This document shows, in pieces, positions 23,564 through 38,800 of a DNA stretch of 64,000 bases. Below the pieces are notes generated by a model, which saw only the letters and a program-made list of their open reading frames with translations, was not told the DNA's origin and ran no database searches. The stretch's first letter is position 1, and every line of letters begins with the position of its first letter. The stretch is from the NCBI RefSeq assembly GCF_036365525.1, contig NC_090378.1, positions 124,419,593 to 124,483,592 of the forward strand, in the 5' to 3' direction. Position numbers and translations under genes: made by a program. Source of the stretch: Heterodontus francisci. Taxonomy: Eukaryota.

Positions 23564-23864
23564 GTATCAGTGGAGACACCATCATCATGACCCAGTCTCC
23601 ACCGGCACTGTCAGTGACACTGGGACAGACCGCAACGATCACCTGTACGGCCAGCCAGTCCGTTAGCAATTATGTAGCTTGGTATCAGCAGCGAGACGGT
23701 CAGAAACCCACTCTCCTGATCTATTATGCAACAACTCGATACACAGGAATATCCGAACGATTCACCGGCAGTCAACAGAACCTCAAATTCACTCTGACAA
23801 TCAGTAATGTACAGAATGAGGATGTCGCAGATTATTACTGTCAGCAAGGTTACAGCAGCACCGA
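23564..23864 (+). CDS. IGKV: Unrearranged Ig kappa-type (NS4/type III-like) light-chain V exon
   Basis: Acceptor tattacccctcag. Encodes (G)[53 protein letters not shown]-...[25 protein letters not shown]. Both Cys, the conserved Trp and DYYC are intact, with no stops. Confidence 0.96.
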
Positions 23865-23892
23865 CACAGTGAGACAGAGCCGTACAAAAACC
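23865..23892 (+). other. V(D)J recombination signal sequence with 12-bp spacer
   Basis: CACAGTG-agacagagccgt-ACAAAAACC: consensus heptamer and nonamer. A 12-RSS on V is the kappa-type configuration. Confidence 0.98.
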
Positions 23893-23897
23893 TCAAT

Positions 23898-26800
23898 ACA
23901 CACAGTCCCACCTCCTGTACTGACACATCCCACAGTTATATATAATATATAATAATGGACACACAGTCCCACCTCCAGCACTGACACGGCCCACAGTTAT
24001 ATATAATATATAATAATGGACACACAGTCCCACCTCCTGTACTGACACATCCCACAGTTATATATAATATATAATAATGGACACACAGTCCCACCTCCAG
24101 CACTGACACGGCCCACAGTTATATATAATATATAATAATGGATACACAGTCCCACCTCCTGTACTGACACGGCCCACAGTTATATATAATATATAATAAT
24201 GAACACACAGTCCCACCTCCTGTACTGACGCATCCCACAGTTATATATAATATATAATAATGAACACACAGTCCCACCTCCTGTACTGACGCATCCCACA
24301 GTTATATATAATATATAATAATGAACACACAGTCCCACCTCCTGTACTGACACATCCCACAGTTATATATAATATATAATAATGGACACACAGTCCCACC
24401 TCCAGCACTGACACGGCCCACAGTTATATATAATATATAATAATGAACACACAGTCCCACCTCCTGTACTGACACATCCCACAGTTATATATAATATATA
24501 ATAATGGACACACAGTCCCACCTCCAGCACTGACACGGCCCACAGTTATATATAATATATAATAATGGATACACAGTCCCACCTCCTGTACTGACACATC
24601 CCACAGTTATATATAATATATAATAATGAACACACAGTCCCACCTCCTGTACTGACACATCCCACAGTTATATATAATATATAATAATGGACACACAGTC
24701 CCACCTCCAGCACTGACACGGCCCACAGTTATATATAATATATAATAATGGATACACAGTCCCACCTCCTGTACTGACACGGCCCACAGTTATATATAAT
24801 ATATAATAATGAACACACAGTCCCACCTCCTGTACTGACGCATCCCACAGTTATATATAATATATAATAATGAACACACAGTCCCACCTCCTGTACTGAC
24901 GCATCCCACAGTTATATATAATATATAATAATGGACACACAGTCCCACCTCCTGTACTGACACATTCCACAGTTATATATAATATATAACAATGGACACA
25001 CCGTCCCACCTCCTGAACTGACACGGCCCACAGTTATATATAATATATAGTAATGGACACACAGTCCCACCTCCTGTACTGACACATCCCACAGTTATAT
25101 ATAATATATAATAATGAACACACAGTCCCACCTCCTGTACTGACACATCCCACAGTTATATATAATATATAATAATGAACACACAGTCCCACCTCCTGTA
25201 CTGACACGTCCCACAGTTATATATAATATATAATAATGGACACACAGTCCCACCTCCTGTACTGACACATTCCACAGTTATATATAATATATAACAATGG
25301 ACACACCGTCCCACCTCCTGAACTGACACGGCCCACAGTTATATATAATATATAATAATGGACACACAGTCCCACCTCCTGTACTGACACATCCCACAGT
25401 TATATATAATATATAATAATGAACACACAGTCCCACCTCCTGTACTGACACATCCCACAGTTATATATAATATATAATAATGGACACACAGTCCCACCTC
25501 CAGCACTGACACGGCCCACAGTTATATATAATATATAATAATGGACACACAGTCCCACCTCCAGCACTGACACGGCCCACAGTTATATATAATATATAAT
25601 AATGGATACACAGTCCCACCTCCTGCACTGACACATCCCACAGTTATATATAATATATAATAATGGATACACAGTCCCACCTCCTGTACTGACACATCCC
25701 ACAGTTATATATAATATATAATAATGGACACACAGTCCCACCTCCAGCACTGACACGGCCCACAGTTATATATAATATATAATAAAGGACACACAGTCCC
25801 ACCTCCTGTACTGACACGGCCCACAGTTATATATAATATATAATAATGAACACACAGTCCCACCTCCTGTACTGACGCATCCCACAGTTATATATAATAT
25901 ATAATAATGGACGCACAGTCCCACCTCCTATACTGACGCATCCCACAGTTATATATAATATATAATAATGGACACACAGTCCCACCTCCTGTACTGACAT
26001 GGCCCACAGTTATATATAATATATAATAATGAACACACAGTCCCACCTCCTGTACTGACGCATCCCACAGTTATATATAATATATAATAATGGACACACA
26101 TTCCCACCTCCTGTACTGACACGGCCCACAGTTATATATAATATATAATAATGAACACACAGTCCCAACCCCTGCACTGACACGTCCCACAGTTATATAT
26201 AATATATAATAATGGATACACAGTCCCAAGCCCTGCACTGACATGTCCCACAGTTATATATAATATATCATAATGAACACACAGTCCCACCTCCTGTACT
26301 GACACATCCCACAGTTATATATAATATATAATAATGGACACACAGTCCCACCTCCCGCACTGACACATCCCACAGTTATATATAATATATAATAATGGAC
26401 ACACAGTCCCACCTCCTGTACTGACGCATCCCACAGTTATATATAATATATAATAATGGACACACAGTCCCACCTCCTGTACTGACGCATCCCACAGTAA
26501 TATATAATATATAATAATGGACACACAGTCCCACCTCCTGTACTGACACATCCCACAGTTATATATAATATATAATAATGGACACACAGTCCCACCTCCA
26601 GCACTGACACGGCCCACAGTTATATATAATATATAATAATGGACACACAGTCCCACCTCCTGTACTGACGCATCCCACAGTTATATACAATATATAATAA
26701 TGGACACACAGTCCCACCTCCTGTACTGACGCATCCCACAGTTATATATAATATATAATAATGGACACACAGTCCCACCTCCAGCACTGACACGGCCCAC

Positions 26801-29800
26801 AGTTATATATAATATATAATAATGGACACACAGTCCCACCTCCTGTACTGACACATCCCACAGTTATATATAATATATAATAATGGATACACAGTCCCAC
26901 CTCCTGTACTGACACGGCCCACAGTTATATATAATATATAATAATGGACACACAGTCCCACCTCCAGCACTGACACGGCCCACAGTTATATATAATATAT
27001 AATAATGGATACACAGTCCCACCTCCTGTACTGACACGGCCCACAGTTATATATAATATATAATAATGAACACACAGTCCCACCTCCTGTACTGACGCAT
27101 CCCACAGTTATATATAATATATAATAATGGACGCACAGTCCCACCTCCTATACTGACGCATCCCACAGTTATATATAATATATAATAATGGACACACAGT
27201 CCCACCTCCTGTACTGACACGGCCCACAGTTATATATAATATATAATAATGAACACACAGTCCCACCTCCTGTCCTGACGCATCCCACAGTTATATATAA
27301 TATATAATAATGGACACACATTCCCACCTCCTGTACTGACACGGCCCACAGTTATATATAATATATAATAATGAACACACAGTCCCAACCCCTGCACTGA
27401 CACGTCCCACAGTTATATATAATATATAATAATGGATACACAGTCCCAACCCCTGCACTGACACGTCCCACAGTTATATATAATATATAATAATGAACAC
27501 ACAGTCCCAACCCCTGCACTGACACGTCCCACAGTTATATATAATATATAATAATGGACACACAGTCCCACCTCCTGTACTGACACATCCCACAGTTATA
27601 TATAATATATAATAATGGATACACAGTCCCAAGCCCTGCACTGACACGTCCCACAGTTATATATAATATATCATAATGAACACACATTCCCACCTCCTGT
27701 ACTGACACATCCCACAGTTATATATAATATATAATAATGGACACACAGTCCCACCTCCCGCACTGACACATCCCACAGTTATATATAATATATAATAATG
27801 GAGACACAGTCCCACCTCCTGCACTGACACATCCCACAGTTATATATAATATATAATAATGGATACACAGTCCCACCTCCTGTACTGACACATCCCACAG
27901 TTATATATAATATATAATAATGGATACACAGTCCCACCTCCTGTACTGACACATCCCACAGTTATATATAATATATAATAATGGATACACAGTCCCAACC
28001 CCTGTACTGACACGTCCCACAGTTATATATAATATATAATAATGGACACACAGTCCCACCTCCTGTACTGACACATCCCACAGTTATATATAATATATAA
28101 TAATGGACACACAGTCCCACCTCCTGCACTGACACATCCCACAGTTATATATAATATATAATAATGGATACACAGTCCCACCTCCTGTACTGACACGTCC
28201 CACAGTTATATATAATATATAATTATGGACACACCGTCCCACCTCCTGTACTGCCACATCACACAGTTATATATGATATATAATAATGGACAGACAGTCC
28301 CACCTCCTATACTGACAAATCCCACAGTTATATATAATATATAATAATGGACACATGGTTCCACCTCCTGCACTGACACGTTCCACAGCTTTATATATAA
28401 AATATAATAATGGACACACAGTCCCACCTCCTGTACTGACACATCCCACAGTTATATATAATATATAATAATGGACAACAGTCCCACCTCCCGCACTGAC
28501 ACATCCCACAGTTGTATATAATATATAATAAGGGACACACATTGCCACCTCCTGCACTGACACATCCCACAGTTATATATAATATATAATAATGGACTCA
28601 CAGTCCCACCTCCTCTACTGACACAACCCACAGTTATATATTATATATAATAATGGACACATGGTCCCACCTCCCGCACTGACACATCCCACAGTTATAT
28701 ATAATAGATAATAATGGACACATGGTCCCACCTCCCGCACTGACACATCCCACAGTTATATGTAATATATAATATTGGACACACAGTCCCACCTCCCGCA
28801 CTGACACATCCCACAGTTACATATAATATATAATAATGGACACACAGTCCCACCTCCTCTACTGACACATCCCACAGTTATATACAATATATAATAATGG
28901 ACACACGGTCCCACCACCTGCACTGACACATCCCACAGTTATATATAATATATAATATTGGACACACAGTCCCACCTCCTGTACTGACACATCCCACTGT
29001 TCTCTATAATATATATTAATGGACACACAGTCCCACCTCCTCGACTGACACGTTCCACAGTTATATATAATATATAATAATGGGCACACAGTCCCACCTC
29101 CTGTACTGACACATCACACAGTTATATATAATATATAATAATGGACACACAGTCCCACCTCCTGTACTGACATATCCCACAATTATATATAATATATAAT
29201 AATGGACAAACAGTCCCACCTCCTGTACTGACACATCCCACAGTTATATATAATCTTATCATGGACACACAGTCCCACCTCCTGTACTGACACATCCCAC
29301 AGTTATATATAATATATAATAATGGACACAGAGTCCCACCTCCTGTACTGACACATCTCACAGTCATATGTCATATACAATAATGGACACACAGTCCCAC
29401 CTCCGATACTGACATATTCCACATTTATATATAATATATAATAATGGACACACAGTCCCACCTCCTGTACTGACACGTCCCACAGTTATAAATAATATTA
29501 TAATGGACACACAGTCCCACCGCCTGTACTGACACAACCGACAGTTATATATAATATATAATAATAGACACACAGTCCCACCTCCCGCACTGACACATCC
29601 CACAGTTATATATGATATATAATAATTGACTCACAGTCCCACCTACTGTACTGACACATCCCACAGTTATATATAATATATAATAATGGACACACAGTCC
29701 CACCTCCTGCACTGACACATCCCACAGTTATATATAATATATCATATTGGACACACAGTCCCACCTCCCGCACTGAGACATCCCACAGTTATATATAATC

Positions 29801-32800
29801 TATAATAATGAACACACAGTCCCAGCTCCTGTACTGACACATCCCACAGTTATATGTAATATATAATAATGGACACACAGTCCCACCTCCTGTACTGAAA
29901 CATCCCTCAGTTATATATAATATATAATAATGGACACACAGTCCCACCTCCTATACTGACATATCCCACAGTTATATATAATATATAATAATGGATACAC
30001 AGTCCCACCTCCTGTACTGACACGTCCCACAGTTATATATAATATATAATTATGGACACACAGTCCCACCTCCTGCACTGACACGTCCCACAGTTATATA
30101 TAATATATAATTATGGACACACAGTCCCACCTCCTGCACTGACAGATCCCACAGTTATATATAAGATATAATTATGGACACACAGTCCCACCTCCTATAC
30201 TGAGATATCCCACAGTTATATATAATATATAATAATGGATACACAGTCCCACCTCCTGTACTGACACATCTCACAGTTATATATCATATATAATAATGGA
30301 CACACAGTCCTACCTTCTGTACTGACACATCTCACAGTTATATATCATATACAATAATAGACACACAGTCCCACCTCCTGTACTGACACATCCCACAGTT
30401 ATATATAATATATAATAATGGACACACAGTCCCACCTTCTGTACTGACACATCTCACAGTTATATAACATATACAATAATAGACACACAGTCCCACCTCC
30501 TGTACTGACACATCCCACAGTTATATATAATATATAATAATGGACACACAGTCCCACCTCCTGTACTGACACATCCCACAGTTATATATAATATATAATA
30601 ATGGACACACAGTCCCACCTTCTGTACTGACACATCTCACAGTTATATATAATCTACAATAATGGACACACAGTCCCACCTCCTGTACTGACATATCCCA
30701 CAATTATATATAATATATAATAATAGACACACAGTCCCACCTCCTGTACTGACACATCCCACAGTTATATATAATATATAATAATGGACACACAGTCCCA
30801 CCTCCTGTACTGACACATCCCACAGTTATATATAATATTCTAATGGACACACAGTCCCACCTCCTGTACTGACACGTCCCACAGTTATATATAATATGTA
30901 ATAATAAACACACATTCCCACCTCCTGTACTGACACAACCGACAGTTATATATATTAGATAATAATGGACACACAGTCCCACCTCCTCGACTGACACGTT
31001 CCACAGTTATATTTGATATATAATAATGGACACATGGTTCCACCTCCTGCACTGACACGTTCCACAGCTTTATATATAAAATATAATAATGGACAACAGT
31101 CCCACCTCCTGCACTGACACATCCCACAATTATATAGAATATATAATAATGGACTCACAGTCCCACCTCCTCCACTGACACAACCCACAGTTATATATAA
31201 TATATAATAATGGACACACAGTCCCAGCTCCCGCACTGACACATCCCACAGTTATATATAATATATAATAATGGACACACAGTCCCACGTCCCGCACTGA
31301 CACATCCCACAGTTATATATAATACATAATATTGGACACACAGTCCCACCTCCTGCACTGACACATCCCACAGTTATACATAATATATAATATTGGACAC
31401 ACAGTCCCACCTCCTCTACTGACACAACCCACAGTTATACATAATATATAATATTGGACACACAGTCCCACCTCCTGCACTGACACATCCCACAATTATA
31501 TATTATATATAATAATGGACTCACAGTCCCACCTCCTCTACTGACACAACCCACAGTTATACATAATATATAATTATGGACACACAGTCCCACCTCCTGC
31601 ACTGACACGTCCCACAGTTATATATAATATATAATTATGGACACACAGTCCCACCTCCTGCACTGACATATCCCACAGTTATATATAATATATAATTCTG
31701 GACACACAGTCCCACCTCCTATACTGAGATATCCCACAGTTATATATAATATATAATAATGGATACACAGTCCCACCTCCTGTACTGACACATCTCACAG
31801 TTATATATCATATATAATAATGGACACACAGTCCTACCTTCTGTACTGACACATCTCACAGTTATATATCATATACAATAATAGACACACAGTCCCACCT
31901 CCTGTACTGACACATCCCACAGTTATATATAATATATAATAATGGACACACAGTCCCACCTTCTGTACTGACACATCTCACAGTTATATAACATATACAA
32001 TAATAGACACACAGTCCCACCTCCTGTACTGACACATCCCACAGTTATATGTAATATATAATAATGGACACACAGTCCCACCTCCTGTACTGACACATCC
32101 CACAGTTATATATAATATATAATAATGGACACACAGTCCCACCTTCTGTACTGACACATCTCACAGTTATATATAATCTACAATAATGGGCACACAGTCC
32201 CACCTCCTGTACTGACATATCCCACAATTATATATAATATATAATAATAGACACACAGTCCCACCTCCTGTACTGACACATCCCACAGTTATATATAATA
32301 TTATAATGGACACACAGTCCCACCTCCTGTACTGACACGTCCCACAGTTATATATAATATGTAATAATAAACACACATTCCCACCTCCTGTACAGACACA
32401 ACCGACAGTTATATATATTATATAATAATGGACACACAGTCCCACCTCCTCGACTGACACGTTCCACAGTTATATTTGATATATAATAATGGACACATGG
32501 TTCCACCTCCTGCACTGACACGTTCCACAGCTTTATATATAAAATATAATAATGGACAACAGTTCCACCTCCTGCACTGACACATCCCACAATTATATAT
32601 TATATGTAATAATGGACTCACAGTCCCACCTCCTCTACTGACACAACCCACAGTTATATATAATATATAATAATGGACACACAGTCCCACCTCCCGCACT
32701 GACACATCCCACAGTTATATATAATATATAATAATGGACACACAGTCCCACCTCCCGCACTGACACATCCCACAGTTATATATAATATATAATATTGGAC

Positions 32801-35800
32801 ACACAGTCCCACCTCCTCTACTGACACAACCCACAGTTATACATAATATATAATATTGGACACACAGTCCCACCTCCTGCACTGACACATCCCACAATTA
32901 TATATTATATATAATAATGGACTCACAGTCCCACCTCCTCTACTGACACAACCCACAGTTATACATATTATATAATATTGGACACACAGTCCCACCTCCC
33001 GCACTGACACATCCCACAGTTATACATAATATATAATATTGGATACACAGTCCCACCTCCCGCACTGACACATCCCACAATTATATATTATATATAATAA
33101 TGGACTCACAGTCCCACCTCCTCTACTGACACAACCCACAGTTATATATAATATATAATAATGGACACACAGTCCCACCTCCCGCACTGACACATCCCAC
33201 AATTATATATTATATATAATAATGGACTCACAGTCCCACCTCCTCTACTGACACAACCCACAGTTATATATAATATATAATATTGGACACACAGTCCCAC
33301 CTCCCGCACTGACACATCCCACAGTTATATATAATATATAATATTGGACACACAGTCCCACCTCCTGCACTGACACATCCCACAATTATATATTATATAT
33401 AATAATGGACTCACAGTCCCACCTCCCGCACTGACACATCCCACAGTTATATATAATAGATAATAATGGACACACAGTCCCACCTCCTGCTCTGACACAT
33501 CCCACATTTATATATAATATATAATAATGGACACACAGTCCCACCTCCCGCACTGACACATCCCACTGTTATATCTAATAATAATAATGGACACACAGTC
33601 CCACTCCTGTACTGACACATCCCACAGTTGTATATAATATATTATAATCGACACACAGTCCCACCTCCCGCACTGACACATCCCACAGTTATATATAATA
33701 TATAATAATGGACACACAGTCCCACCTCCTGTCCTGACACTTCCCTCAGTTATATATAATATATAATAATGGACACACAGTCCCACCTCCTGCACTGACA
33801 CATCCCACAGTTATATATAATATATAATAATGGACACACAGTCCCACCCCCTGTACTGACACATCCCACTGTCATCTAGAATATATAATAATGGGCTCAC
33901 AGTCCCACGTCCTGTACTGACACATCCCACAGTTATATATAATATATAATAATGGACACACAGTCCCACCTCCTGCACTGACACATCCCACATTTATATA
34001 TAATATATAATAATGGACACACAGTCCCACCTCCTGTACTGACACATTCAACAGTTATATATAATATATAATAATGGACACACAGTCCCACCTCCTGTAC
34101 TGACACATCCCACAGTTATATCTAATATATAATAATGGACACACAGTCCCACCTCCTGGACTGACACGTCCCACAGTTATATATAAGACATAATATTGGA
34201 CACACAGTCCCACCTCCTGTACTGACACATCCGACAGTTATATATAATATATAATATTGGACACACAGCCCCACCTCCTGTCCTGACAGATCCCACTGTT
34301 ACCTAGAATATATAATAATGGGCTCACAGTCCCAAGTCCTGTACTGACACATCCCACAGTTATATATAATATATGTTCATGGACACACAGTCCCACCTCC
34401 CGCACTGACACATCCCACAGTTATGTATAAGACATAATATTGGACACACAGTCCCACCTCCTGTACTGACACATCCGACAGTTATCTAGAATATATAATA
34501 ATGGACACACAGTCCCACCTCCCACACTGACACATCCGACAGTTATATATAATAGATAATAATGGACACACAGTCCCACCTCCTGCACTGACACATCCCA
34601 CATTTATATATGATATATAATAATGGACACACAGTCCCACCTCCCGCACTGACGCATCCCACAGTTATATATAATATATAATATTGGACGCACAGTCCCA
34701 CCTCCTCGACTGACACGTTCGACAGTTATATATAATATATAATAATGGACACACAGTCCCACCTCCTGTACTGACACATCCCACAGTTATATATAATATA
34801 TAATAATGGACACACGGTCCCACCTCCCGCACTGACACATCCCACAATTATATATAATATATAATAATGGACACACAGTCCCACCTCCTCGACTGACACT
34901 TTCCACAGTTATATATAATATATAATAATGGACGCATAGTCCCACCTCCCACACTGACACGTTCCACAGTTATATATAATATATAATAATGGACACACAG
35001 TCCCACCTCCCGCACTGACACATCCCACAGTTATATATAATATATAATATTGGACACACAGTCCCACCTCCTGCACTGACACATCCCACAATTATATATT
35101 ATATATAATAATGGACTCACAGTCCCACCTCCTCTACTGACACAACCCACAGTTATACATAATATATAATATTGGACACACAGTCCCACCTCCTGCACTG
35201 ACACATCCCACAGTTATACATAATATATAATATTGGATACACAGTCCCACCTCCCGCACTGACACATCCCACAATTATATATTATATATAATAATGGACT
35301 CACAGTCCCACCTCCTCTACTGACACAACCCACAGTTATATATAATATATAATAATGGACACACAGTCCCACCTCCCGCACTGACACATCCCACAATTAT
35401 ATATTATATATAATAATGGACTCACAGTCCCACCTCCTCTACTGACACAACCCACAGTTATATATAATATATAATATTGGACACACAGTCCTACCTCCCG
35501 CACTGACACATCCCACAGTTATATATAATATATAATATTGGACACACAGTCCCACCTCCTGCACTGACACATCCCACAATTATATATTATATATAATAAT
35601 GGACTCACAGTCCCACCTCCTCTACTGACACAACCCACAGTTATATATAATATATAATAATGGACACACAGTCCCACCTCCCGCACTGACACATCCCACA
35701 GTTATATATAATATATAATAATGGACACACAGTCCCACCTCCCGCACTGACACATCCCACAGTTATATATAATAGATAATAATGGACACACAGTCCCACC

Positions 35801-38800
35801 TCCTGCACTGACACATCCCACATTTATATATTATATATAATAATGGACACAAAATCCCACCTCCCGCTCTGACACATCCCACAGTTATATATAATATATA
35901 ATAATCGACACACAGTCCCACCTCCTGCACAGACACATCCCACAGTTATATATAATAATAATAATGGACACACAGTCGCACCTCCTGTACTGACACATCC
36001 CTCAGTTATATATAATATATAATAATGGACACACAGTCCCACCTCCTGTACTGAAACATCCCACAGTTGTATATAATATATTATAATCGACACACAGTCC
36101 CACCTCCCGCACTGACACATCCCACAGTTATATATAATATATAATAATGGACACACAGTCCCACCTCCTGTCCTGACACATCCCTCAGTTATATATAATA
36201 TATAATAATGGACACACAGTCCCGCCTCCTGCACTGACACATCCCATAGTTATATATAATATATAATAATGGACACACAGTCCCACCCCCTGTACTGACA
36301 CATCCCACTGTTATCTAGAATATATAATAATGGGCTCACAGTCCCACGTCCTGTACTGACACATCCCACAGTTATATATAATATATGTTCATGGACACAC
36401 AGTCCCACCTCCCGCACTGACACATCCCACAGTTATATATAATATATAATAATGGACACACAGTCCCACCTCCTGCACTGACACATCCCACATTTATATA
36501 TAATATATAATAATGGACACACAGTCCCACCTCCTGTACTGACACATCCCACAGTTATATTTAATATATAATAATGGACACACAGTCCCACCTCCTGTAC
36601 TGACACATCCCACAGTTATATCTAATATATAATAATGGACACACAGTCCCACCTCCTGGACTGACACGTCCCACAGTGATATATAAGACATAATATTGGA
36701 CACACAGTCCCACCTCCTGTACTGACACATCCGACAGTTATATATAATATATAATATTGGACACACAGCACCACCTCCTGTCCTGACAGATCCCACTGTT
36801 ATCTAGAATATATAATAATGGGCTCACAGTCCCACGTCCTGTACTGACACATCCCACAGTTATATATAAGACATAATATTGGACACACAGTCCCACCTCC
36901 TGGACTGACACATCCGACAGTTATCTAGAATATATAATAATGGACACACAGTCCCACCTCCTGCACTGACACATCCGACAGTTATATATTATATATAATA
37001 ATGGACACACAGTCCCACCTCCTGTACTGACACATCCCACAGTTATATATAACATATAATAATGGACACACAGTCCCACCTCCCGCACTGACACATCCCA
37101 CAGTTATATATAATATATAATAATGGACGCACAGTCCCACCTCCTCGACTGACACGTTCCACAGTTATATATAATATATAATAATGGACACACAGTCCCA
37201 CCTCCCGCACTGACACATCCCACAGTTATATATAATATATAATAATGGACACACAGTCCCACCTCCTCGACAGACACTTTCCACAGTTATATATAATATA
37301 TAATAAGGGACGCACAGTCCCACCTCCTCGACTGACACCTTCCACAGTTATATATAATATATAATAATGGAGACATAGTCCCACCTCCTTGATTTACACG
37401 TTCCACAGTTATATATAATATATAGTAATGGACACACAGTCCCACCTCCCGCACTGACACATCCCACAGTTATATATAATATCTAATAATGGACGCACAG
37501 TCCCACCTCCTCGACTGACACGTTCCACAGTTATATATAATATATAATAATGGACACACAGTCCCACCTCCCGCACTGACACATCCCACAGTTACATATA
37601 ATATATAATAATGGACGCACAGTACCACCTCCTCGACTGACACGTTCCACAGTTATATATAATATATAATAATGGACACACAGTCCCACCTCCCGCACTG
37701 ACACATCCCACAGTTATATATAATATATAATAATGGACGCACAGTCCCACCTCCTCGACTGACACGTTCCACAGTTATATATAATATATAATATTGGAAA
37801 CACAGTCCCACCTCCCATTATGACACATCCGACAGTTATATATAATATATAATATTGGACACACAGCCCCACCTCCTGTCCTGACAGATCCCACTGTTAT
37901 CTAGAATATATAATAATGGGCTCACAGTCCCAAGTCCTGTACTGACACATCCCACAGTTATATATAATATATGTTCATGGACACACAGTCCCACCTCCCG
38001 CACTGACACATCCCACAGTTATATATAAGACATAATATTGGACACACAGTCCCACCTCCTGTACTGACACATTCCACAGTTATCTAGAATATATAATAAT
38101 GGACACACATTCCCACCTCCCGCACTGACACATCCGACAGTTATATATAATATATAATAATGGACACACAGTCCCACCTCCTGCACTGACACATCCCACA
38201 GTTATATATAATATATAATAATGGACACACAGTCCCACCTCCTGTACTGACACATCCCACATTTATATATGATATATAATAATGGACACACAGTCCCACC
38301 TCCTGTACTGACACATCCGACAGTTATCTAGAATATATAATAATGGACACACAGTCCCACCTCCCGCACTGACACATCCGACAGTTATATATAATATATA
38401 ATAATGGACACACAGTCCCACCTCCTGCACTGACACATCCCACAGTTATATATAATATATAATAATGGACACACAGTCCCACCTCCTGTACTGACACATC
38501 CCACATTTATATATGATATATAATAATGGACACACAGTCCCACCTCGCGCACTGACACATCCCACAGTTATATATAATATATAATATTGGACGCACAGTC
38601 CCACCTCCTCGACTGACACGTTCGACAGTTATATATAATATATAATAATGGACACACAGTCCCACCTCCTGGACTGACACATCCCACAGTTATATATAAT
38701 ATATAATAATGGACACACAGTCCCACCTCCCGCACTGACACATCCCACAGTTATATATAATATATAATAATGAACACACAGTCCCACCTCCTCGACTGAC

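Noticed and set aside
23907-23917. Minus-strand CAGGAGGTGGG similarity to the human minisatellite chi-like core
   Set aside because: The match is short and common in G-rich repeats, with no testable significance here.
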